From contig CAUYUJ010000270.1 of assembly GCA_963575745.1 (NCBI GenBank), positions 62,001-126,000 of the forward strand: 64,000 nucleotides of DNA, in the 5' to 3' direction. A model generated the notes under the pieces. It did no database searches, was not told the DNA's origin, and saw only the letters and a program-made list of their open reading frames with translations. Made by a program: the position numbers and the translations under genes. Each line of letters starts with the position of its first letter. Position 1 is the stretch's first letter. Below are positions 11,801 to 21,229 of this stretch, piece by piece. The DNA is from Prorocentrum cordatum (lineage: Eukaryota).

Positions 11801-14047
11801 CGGCCGCGCGCGCGCTGCCCTTGAGACCCCTTCCATTTAGCCGCTGCGCCGAGGGAAGAAGTCCATCGCAGTTGTCGAGCTCGGTGACGTAGTGCTTGTG
11901 GAAGACGCCCTTGAAGATCATGGGCGGGGTCGCTCTGTCAGATGGCGGTCGCTGATCTCGCGGGCGGGCGCGGAGATGGGGGGCCTCGCGGTCGCTGGAG
12001 GACGCGCCTATCTTCTAGACGGGCTCGTCGTTCGCGGCGATCGCGGCCTCCATGTGCGGGACGGCGTGCGCTTCCGAGGAGATGGAGGCGCGGTCGATGA
12101 TCGCCTCGCCGTCGTTCGCGCAGCGCCAATGAGTGGTCGCTCGGGTTGTCGCCTCGATAACGCCCATGGAGATGTCGCACCAGAGTTGCGTCGGCTGCCG
12201 ATGTAGCGGAAGCGAGGCGACGCCCGCAAGGAGCGCCGCGCTGCGCGGCGGCTGATCAGAAGAGGCCGAGGCCCCTCACCGTGATCACCGTGTACTTCGC
12301 GGGGCCTGGGCGCACCAACGGCATGGCGGTTCACCGCGGCGCCATGGAGTCACGTCTGCTGGTCGTGGATGGGTCGTCGCTGCGCACGCTGAATTTTATG
12401 CTGCGCCATCGCTTCGCGTTGCCGGTGATGTTCGCGATGGCGATGCGACCTGGCGCGATTTCGCTGACATCATGCATGCGCTTCTTATCCGAGTGGCTGT
12501 CGCAGCAGTCAGTGCTAATAAGGGGCCGGGCAAACCATGCCCCCAGCGGCTAGTTTGCAATCGATACCCGGATGATGCGCTGCATGCTGGTTGCTGTTGG
12601 CCGTCAAATTGGGCATGTCGCTTGCGCCGTGGAAATCCCGGAGCCAGATCAAGCTGGGCAGGCGGAGGTAACGGCCAGCAAGCGGCGGTTGGCACCGCGA
12701 CGCGATTGGGAGATGCCACAGATGGATTGGAAACCGCGTCGGTGCCATCCTTGTTATTGCCGTCGCGCCTTGGTACCCATCCGTTGTCAAAACCACGACA
12801 CTGCCGCCTGCGGGTTCGCGACAGTGGGCGAATTCGCCCGCGAGCTCTTGATGAGCAGCGGGCGCGACGCCAACAGCAGCTGCCGCGTCGGACCACTGCG
12901 CCTCTTCGTTGCGTCGTTTGGCTTCGCGCCGATGTGCAGGCGGACAGTCGACAGAGAGGTGGCCGTCGTTAGGGTGGGCTCTGCGCGAGATGCCATCAAA
13001 ATTGTCATTGATAATCAGGAACCTGGAAGGTTTCCCGGGTTGCACCCCCAGCCGCACAAGCTTCGGGCTCTTGTTGGCACCGACGTACAGGGGGACGGTC
13101 TGGTCACCCGAACGGGCAGAGAACTGACGCCAGTCGCGGCCGAAACGAAGATGATGATGGAGCCTTGCCGCGCGGGATGACCACCGCGTCGCCTCCGAGC
13201 AGCGTGATGGAGACTCGCGTGTTAGGGGCGTTGTTGCTGAAGCGAACGCAATTGACGTTCACCTCGGCTGCACCGAGCCAGGGCTGGAGGGCCTCGCGGA
13301 GCTCGGCCTTGGTAACGTATTGCATGCAGCCGCGCAAGCACGTGCCGATGTGGCCAGGTCTGTCCCAGGCCGTCGACGGCGGCAAGGTCGACTGAGGGGA
13401 CCTGGGCCCCGGCCTGCGCGATGGACTGCTGGAGATTGGTGATTGCGGTGCGTAGGTCGGCGGCACTCTTGCCGGCAACGGCGAAGCGATTTTTGACTTC
13501 CGCGAGCATGGACTCTGTGTGCTCTTGCCGCTCAGTGACCGAGGCCGTGACTTTGCATACGTGTGCCATGAAGTGGCTCTGCGCTGCCATCGTGGGCTCG
13601 CTGGTTGTCTTCTTAAACTGTTTGAATGTTTGGTCAATACGTTCCTCGAATATGGTTTCCATTTCGCTTCGGGTGGGCTCGATCTGACCATTGTTGATCT
13701 CGGCAGCAGAATCTTGCCATGGATCTCGTTGTTGATCACGATTTGATTGTTGCTGTTGCCGAGAAAGCGCTCCCGACTGCCACGAATCCGGTGACGCTCG
13801 GCACTACGAGGAAAAACTTTGGTGGAGAAGCCCATGTTGTCAGCTGTGACTGCGGCGCCGCGGGGATGCCGTCAGGAAACCGCTGTGCTAGGTTCGCGCC
13901 ACCACGAACCAATACCGCGTGGATGAAGAAGAGGAGGAACCGTTGGAGTCCCCGACAAAGGTGTGAATGGATGGGAACAGGCCGCGGATAAACGGCGTCC
14001 GCTTCGTTATCAGGAGAACACATCATATTGAGCCAAAATAGCTACGA
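8870..14047 (-). mobile_element. Non-LTR retrotransposon (LINE; ORF1 + APE endonuclease + RT, possible RNase H), full length but decayed, SL relic at 5' end
   Basis: Coiled-coil ORF1 at 13222-13835. APE-like THW...IIDRASISS...SSDREAPI at ~12140-11975. RT motifs: LRPLSAKNGDVKII (~11120), QGCVPGQQCFTNV (~11010), LSEDFSAAFPSL (~10900), GVAQVCPRSGSIWALAFEP (~10760), CAGADV (~10550). (CCT)n tracts at both ends. Confidence 0.8.
14027..14047 (-). other. Relict dinoflagellate spliced leader
   Basis: TCGTAGCTATTTTGGCTCAAT versus the established SL DCCGTAGCCATTTTGGCTCAAG: 18 of 19 identical over 14046-14028. Confidence 0.85.
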
Positions 14048-14624
14048 GGAGGAAGGAGGAGGAGGGGTTTTCGACATGCACCGCAGCAAGGCGCCACCAC
14101 CATGCAGCTGGGCTGGGTAGCGTGGCGCGAGGAGCTCCCGCTCCAGAGTCGCGAAAGCGAAAGACTGGAGCGGAGAGCAGGCGACAGCGCCAGCAACGAG
14201 CCCACGCGGCTTCCGCAAGTTGAGAGAGGAAGACCATCAATCCAAAAAGCCGACAATCCACCCAAAAAGCTCACGGGCACAGTGCAGCCATCGTGCTGGA
14301 CAGGATGGTCACCCTCGGCCGCTTCGGGTGGCGGCATTTCAAAAGCTTGGCCCAGGCGTCTGGTGTCCTGGGAGTGCCGTCCTTGTTGACAGGAGGGCCG
14401 AAAGAGGAGGAGGGGAGAAGATAGGAGAGGAGAGGAGAGAAGCGGAGGAACGGGAACGCGGAGCGACCCTGATTCGAAACGAAGACCCAAGACCACAGGA
14501 TGGTTGGATGGTTGGTACAAAAATCGGCGCCTGCGGCGGGCTTCTTCCGAGGCTCGCAGACTGCCGACGACCCCGCCGCCCCCTCACTCTTCTCCTGAAG
14601 ATCGCTCCCTCTCTGCTCCCCACG

Positions 14625-14780
14625 GGTGAGCACCTGCCGGCCGTCAGGCGAGGCCACGGCGCTCTTCACGGGCGCCGCGTGCCCCCGCAGCGACTGCACG
14701 CACCGCCCGGACCCGAGGTCCCAGAGCCTCCCCTGCGCGTCCGCGCAGGCACAGAGCACGTGCAGAGGCGGGGTCACCAC
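14625..14780 (-). CDS. Exon 3 of UBL/WD40 gene (VVTPPLHVLCACADAQGRLWDLGSGRCVQSLRGHAAPVKSAVASPDGRQVLT)
   Basis: Acceptor CAG|GTG at 14782-14781. Clear WD40 motif (LWD...L.GH...V.S...SPDG). The 3' boundary is ambiguous (14624/14625) because of the TIR-bounded interruption. Confidence 0.85.
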
Positions 14781-15259
14781 CTGCGTGGGCGAGCCGGCGG
14801 AACCGACCCACGGCGACGACGACGCCAACGACGACGACGACGACGACGACGTCGGCGACGACGACGGCGACGACGACGACACCGGCGACGGCCACGACAA
14901 CGACGACGACGACGACGACGAGGTCCCAAGTCCACCGAGCACCGCCTGGACGCCAGATCCCAGGGCCTCCCCTGCGCGTCCGGCCAGGCACGGAGGGCGC
15001 GCGGAGGTCACCATCCAGTCCGTCGTTGCTGAGGTTCGAGGATCGAGGTTTCTTGCCTCAGGGGTGCAGTAGGTACGTACGATTAGAAATCTTGCAATCA
15101 GAAATCTGGGGGCAAGTTCTTCGTTGATCCCTGGGGCTATCGGAGGACAAAAATTGTTCGAGGAAAACTTGCTGGCAGGCCGGATTTTGTTATCCGATGT
15201 GCCTGCTTTTGAAGGGGGTCGTCGTCGCCGTCCCCGTCGCTGTCGCCGCGGCGTGGTCG

Positions 15260-15720
15260 TCGCAAATTTAACCTGCCGCAGATGAGCAATGCGTGTAGCG
15301 TAGGGCGTGGCCCTCTCCTCATAGATTGCGCGCCGTGGGAGGGATACAATTCGGGCAAAGGGAAAAGGAGGTTGCCGAGCAGGCTGAGCTTCCTGTAGGG
15401 GCAAGATCCGTGTGAGGGTGTGCCAACATGGGCAGGGAAGCGCAAGGACACGATCCGTCTGAGAGGTGTGCCGAAATGGGCGGAAGGACCGCATGCGGGC
15501 GCCCTCGCTGGTGCCGAAGGTGGGTTCCCCCTAACTGTGGTGCGCAATACGTGTGAGGGGTGTGCAGAAATGGGCGAAAGGACCTCAGACCGCACGCGCG
15601 CCCTCACTGGTGCCGTAGCTGCAACTCCCAATGAAGCACGATCCGCTTGAAGGGGTGTACCAAAATGAAGAGAAAGACTACGTGCGGGCGCCGTGACTGC
15701 TTCCGTAGGTGGCGCTCCCT
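15260..15720 (-). repeat. Dispersed intronic repeat, homologue of 60-480
   Basis: Reverse complement shares GGAGAGGGCCAC.CCCTACGCTACACGCA and CATTTCGGCACACC with 60-480. Confidence 0.65.
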
Positions 15721-16119
15721 GTGGGGACGCTAAACTTGTGAGGAGTGCGGTGTGTCGAAATGCCATGCGGCCAACTTTTTAAGAGGATTGCGATAAATTG
15801 CGACGCTAGTTGTGAAATTCTGAGTTAGGGCCCATGAAAGCCCGTTCACTAAAACCTGCTCGGTGAACAAGCGGCCCCGGGCGAGGTGTCGAGATCCCCC
15901 CAGGCCCAGCCCAGGAAAAGATTGCGACGTCATCCACAGCCTCGCGGTCTGGACTCCTGGGCCATGACCCCATTGCGGCTTTGCACGGATGCCCCGCACA
16001 CAGCGTGTCTATGGGATCGCGTACCCTTGGGATCGCGCCTCGGTGTCCAGACCGCGACCGCGAAGACATTGATATGGATATACTCGCCGATCGCTGCTGA
16101 TGGTGAAACAGCCCAGACC

Positions 16120-17383
16120 GAGCCACGACAACGATCTCGCTGACAACGGACGACGGACGACGATGACAACGACGACGAGAAGGTGCCATGAAATGCCCGC
16201 GAGCCCAGAGCCGTGCCCGCAAACGGCGGGATCACAACCTAGTGGCGCCCTGGTTAGAGCGAGACCCAAACCACCCTCGATACCTGATCGGAAGACTTTC
16301 AGATGGTCTCCGGGAGACCGTCGAAAGGTCTCCAGACGCCTCCGGGGACCTCCGCGGAGGGGCTCCAGACTGGGGGCCTGGAAGTGGACCCGTCAGACCT
16401 GGAGCCGAGCCGACCCGAGATGGACCTGACGCGAGCCGAATCGGCCCGCCAGCCGAGAACGCGACGACGGCGACGGCGACGGCAACGGTAATCGCGACGA
16501 CGAAGACGATCACGATTGCGACAACGACCCCTCTCACAGCTCGACCCCGGCCAGGTCTTCGAATGGTATCCTGCCGTGACGACGGGGAGCCTCCTGGAGG
16601 CTCCGCAATGACAGGCCTCGGACCTCGATGCTCGGACGACGATCCGCGCGGCGATCTGGGCCGAACTGGGCGGGCCCTCCCAGGGACAACCTCGACGATG
16701 ACAACGGTGTTGACGAGGCCGACGAGGACGTTGACGCTGCTTTTGACGTTGACATTGACGCTCACGGTCGACGACGACGGCGAAGACGACGTCGTCACTC
16801 ACGACGACGACGATGACGGCGACGATGACGACGGCATTGACGACGCCGACGACGTCGATGTCGACGCTGCCCTCGACGCTGACCTTGACGAAGACGCTGA
16901 TGCAAGACGACAGGACCGATGAGCAATGGAGATGGTGGCGCCGACGACGACGGACCACGACGGACCAAGCGGCGAGCCCAGGCGGCGCCTTCGGCGGCCA
17001 TCGGCGGCCCCGAGAGGTCGGTTTGCTACATGGGTCGGTCGGCGTTCGGACCATCATACGGGCATTCGGCGGCCGTTTAGGACAGTTCTAGCATTAGGTC
17101 GGGCATGCCCCCCCACAGGCGAATTTTGGACGAAAAATGCAATATACAAAAAAATATCAAAAAATTGCCAACAAAGATTCGACAATTCGTCGCCATACTA
17201 TTTTCTAACTGTTTTTGAATATTCCTCCTGTAGAGGGACAGGCCCGACTTAATTCTAGCACCTCAAGAACGCCCTCGGCGAGGTGCATCTGCTGGAAAGC
17301 ATTCCGATGCGAACTAAACAAACAAAACACTTCCGAAAACTTCGGCGGATTTACGCGGCCACCGTCCGCCCTGAGCGGCGCCA

Positions 17384-17414
<31 letters not shown>

Positions 17415-18510
17415 AGACGACGACGAAGACGACGGCGACGGTGACGGCGACGACGGTGACGCCGCGGCGACGGCGATCTGCGACGCCGCGGCGGCGTGCC
17501 CTCCAGCGTGAGCGCCGCGCCCGCGGACGCCCCGAGCTCGGCGAGGGTCGTGCCCTCCCGCAGCTCGGCGCCGCCGAGCAGCAACGACCTGGCGACGACG
17601 ACGACGACGGCTCAAGATTGCCCAATATAGCTTCCCGCATGCCTCCAAGCGGCGCCAAGATGGCTCGAAATAGCAACGGAGCCTCCCAAGGACACCCCCG
17701 TCCGTCAGCGGCGGCGGCGGCGACGGCGGTGACGACGTGGGCGTTGGCGTTGCGACGCCGTTGACGGCGACGACGGCGTTGACGTTGACGACAAGGGCGC
17801 TGACGTTGACGACGACGACGGCGATGAAAACGACGACGAGAACAAAGACGACGACAAAGACGACGACGACGACGACCGAGGCGATGAGGTCTCTTGGCAA
17901 CCTCCGCGGAGGTCGCCGGAAGGCTGGACAAGCCGCCAAAAAACCTCGATCCTCGATCCTCGATCTTTGATCGGCGACGACCCAAACCTCTGACGTCGTG
18001 GGTTCTCTCAAGGCGTGGTCCCCAAGCTCTCGACCCCTTCATTGGGACCGGATTTTAACCCCGATAACAGCTTCTGGCCCCCGAGTTTTCGACTCCTTCA
18101 AAGGGCCCTGTGCCCAGAAATGGCCCTCGGCAGGACGCCGGAAGATGCGAAAGACATCCCTCGGCGGCAGCGGTGGCGACGACGGCCTGTGACCCTTCCA
18201 TAGCGGGTGGGCGGAACACTTTCCTCGCGGATCGATCATTGACGGTCCTTGGTCCCGCAAGCGCCCTCCCCACCCCCAGGGGCGGAAATAGAGGACAACT
18301 GCTCACAGAGAACAGACTACCACGTCGGGGGTTTGATACGGCGACGAAGGCGAAGATGACGACAACACCAAAAACCTTGAATATTCGATGTTCGACCCTC
18401 GGACGACGACGAAGACGACGACGACGGCGACGACGATGGCAGAGACGACGGCGAGGACGACGGCGAAGACGACGACGACGACGAGGACGACGAGGACGAC
18501 GACGACGGCG
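16120..18510. repeat. Degenerate (GAC)n/(GTC)n microsatellite field with TCGATCC(TCGA) motifs, surrounding exon 2
   Basis: Many GACGAC tracts (16460-16960, 17385-17480, 17590-17880, 18400-18510). Similar tracts lie at 14810-14920, 20230-20480 and 48330-48875. Confidence 0.85.
17504..17588 (-). CDS. Exon 2 of UBL/WD40 gene (C-terminal half of ubiquitin-like domain: SLLLGGAELREGTTLAELGASAGAALTL)
   Basis: Acceptor CAG|G at 17590-17589, donor CTG|GA at 17503-17502 (GA donor, known in dinoflagellates). The LLLGG.EL....TLAELG......LTLVV pattern is ubiquitin-like once joined to exon 3. Confidence 0.8.
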
Positions 18511-18592
18511 GAGTCACAGGCCCCAAAGTCGACCCCAGGCCTGATCTTGGGTTGCGCTCTGACAAGAATCCCACCACCCATTCAGGGCGTAG

Positions 18593-20133
18593 TAATTAAT
18601 GAGTTGGTTCTTCCAATACTTGTCTACCTCTTGAGGGAAAAGCCCACCTTTCCCCCTCCCCCATATCCCTGGGTCTAGGCCGGGCGTTACGCGAGGCATT
18701 GGAGCGTTCAAGATTGCCAAACGTGGCCCCAAAACGGCGCCGAGTAGCCCGAGATGGCCGCCGAAATCGTACAAGATTGCGGCACATGGCTCAATATAGC
18801 TTCCACGATTCCTACAAGAAGCGCCATGAACGTCCCAAGATGGATCCAAGTGGCCACGGAGCCTTTCAAGGACCCCCCCGGATGTCCCACACCCATCCGA
18901 AACCTGTGGGGAATCAGTGTGTTTTGTGTTATCGCTCTTTCGCTCCGGATGGGAGCAACAGGCCTCAAGATGGCCCCAAATTGGCCAACGAAAGCACCAA
19001 GAGGTGCCCAAGACCCAAGACGGCTCCAACAGCGCCTCAATATCGTCCCAAGGTGGCCCGAGAGGAATTATTTCAGTCTCCGACTGGGGGGGATTAACAC
19101 GACCCCCCCTTCTTTGGTCGATGGCTTCCAAGATGGCCCCAATAACGGCCCCCAGGACCCAAGAGAGCCGCAAGAGGGCCCCGAGAGGGCCCCAAGAAAG
19201 CGCCAAAAACCTCCAAATCGGCCCCATGATTGCCCAAGTAAGCTGCCAGCAGGCTCCCACATCGAAAATATCCGCGAAGGTTGATCCCCATCTTCGGTTT
19301 GACAACTGCCCCCCCTCTTTGTTCCACTGCGTGCTCCAACGCTTTCCTGGTCAATACAACCCGCCTAAACATCGTTGCCAAGTGGTGGGCTGGTGGGGAT
19401 ATTTTTTGTTCGCGAGCGACACAGAGCAACTGCCTGCACGCCGTCAAGAAGCGAAGTAACAGAGCCACGATCTAAAGTACGGCCAAAGAGGGAGCCACAG
19501 CCACCGGAGCGCGCTACGCAGTCGCTCGGGCGGCGGAGCCCGAGAAGCCCAGGAGGTCCGCCAGGCCGAGGAAGACCAAGAAGAGGGCCTCGATGCACAC
19601 CAAAATGGTGGGTGAATTGGGGCGTCAGAGCCAAGATGAAGAGCCAAAACAGCCGTCATGCACGTGCTCGCCATACGCGCAGCGAAGAAGCAAGCAGAAG
19701 GCTAGACGAAGGTCACCGACCGCCAGCTGACACACGTCGTGAACGTCAGTGCGCGCCGCTGCCAGCCGTCACTCGCATGTGGGGTTGAAGCCAGTCGTCG
19801 GCGGTCGCAAGACCCGTTGCCGGAGGGCGTCCACTAGCCACTGCGCACTCGACAACGGAGTGGCACTGGTGGGGGTACTTTTTGGTCAACAGGCTCGCGA
19901 GGCGGGCCGAAAGCCGTCCGAATACTAGTCGGGCCGCGACTAGGCAGCAGGAAAAGAAAGGCAAGCGAAGCGAGCGAGCGGGCAACCACTCAGAAAAAGA
20001 GCCAGAACCGATACTCCCAAACCCGGTGGCGTTGGAAATCCCGGTGGCGACCAGCAAGTAAGCGCAGCCAGAATGGCGCGGCGGCGCGAGCATAAACAGT
20101 GCTGGTGGGGATACGCGAAGCGTCAATAAATTC
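18593..20133 (+). mobile_element. Unclassified non-autonomous element: CCAAGA-rich body, internal cassettes, GCTGGTGGGGATAC-GCGAAGCGT-AATT end
   Basis: Starts and ends at AATT. Same head (CCCCTCCCC..CCCTGG) and tail motifs as the copies at ~21230-24284, ~27030-27370, ~33870-34146 and ~49740-51255. Confidence 0.5.
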
Positions 20134-20481
20134 GACGGGAGTCCAACCGTGGCGATGACGCAACGCGGGAGGCTCAAATAGCAAGAAAGACAGCGACAAA
20201 AGTCTCCAAGAGTCGATCTTCGATCCTCGGACGACGGGCGACGACGACGACGACGACGATTACGACGAACGGTGACAACGACGCCTCCTCGCCAGAGTTC
20301 TCCTGAACTCCGGGGTGCCTCCACCTCCTGAGGTCCCCTTGAAGCCCCCGGAGACCTCTGGAGGCCACTGGAGGCTCCAAAGCTTTTCTATGTTGAGAAA
20401 GGAAGAACGCAAAAATCCGACGACGACGGCGGCGTCCACGACGACGGCGGCGGCGACGGCGGCGACGACGACGGCGACGGC

Positions 20482-20606
20482 CTGTGGCAGCCCGGCGCCG
20501 CTGCGCCCTCCGGCAGCGCGGCCAGCACGTCGTGGAGGCCCCACCCGGGCGCGGCGTCCAGCGACGCCAGCTCGCGCCCGCCGCACGTGAGCACGGACAC
20601 GCGCAT
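20482..20606 (-). CDS. Exon 1 of ubiquitin-like-domain/WD40-repeat protein gene (MRVSVLTCGGRELASLDAAPGWGLHDVLAALPEGAAAPGCH...)
   Basis: ATG at 20606 with GC3-rich codons. Ends CAC AG|GC (GC donor at 20481-20480). The phase-2 junction joins exon 2 (AG|G) in frame, giving ...GCHRSLLLGG... Confidence 0.8.
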
Positions 20607-21229
20607 CGGGCGGGCCCGCCCCCCCCTCGCAGGAGGCGCAGCTCCTGCGGGGCCCTCGTGGGAACGAGTTGAGCCCGATTCAGCAGCTTAGGCGACGACG
20701 TGTGAGTCCTACCCCTGCAGGTCATAAGTCAAAACAAAGCCTGGCTGAGTTTGCGAATCTGGAGGATGTCTGCAGCCAAATGAACCCCAACGGGGTGTCC
20801 GACACCCCAGCGTCGATTCGATCCCCAGGGGTGGGGTTACCATCCAGAACCCTGAGAATCAGAATCGAAGGCGCTTCTATGCTCACGGTGAGCCCCCCCG
20901 CCGCCGAAGACAAAGCCAGGACCAGGACGGGATCGGACTGAGACAGATGGGAGATCTTTGAGATCTGGCGGGGACGCGGCCGCTCCAGGGCCCTCCGTCC
21001 TGGAAGGCCCGGTCCCCTTGAAAGCCCTCGCGGCAGGAGTTGAGAATTGAGCCCGATATTCAGCGGATTATAAGCCAAATGAAGCCAGGCTACGCCCCGG
21101 ATTCAACCGGCTTTCAACCAGAGTACTCGGCGAGGTTTGAGCGGGACTCAGCGGCATTAGACTGGAGTTGAACCAAGAGTCTAACCAGGCCGACGCTGAT
21201 TCCTTCCAGCCCTCTGGGCGTAGGGGGTC

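Larger units (their letters stand above)
1050..14624. mobile_element. TIR-bounded insertion / Introner-like intron 3 (13.6 kb, inflated by nested retroelements)
   Basis: TGGGGAGCAGAGA (1052-1064) and its reverse complement TCTCTGCTCCCCA (14610-14622) each lie 2 nt inside a duplicated ACC/GGT (1047-1049, 14625-14627). Removal restores GRQVLT-ASDDGTAK. Confidence 0.7.
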
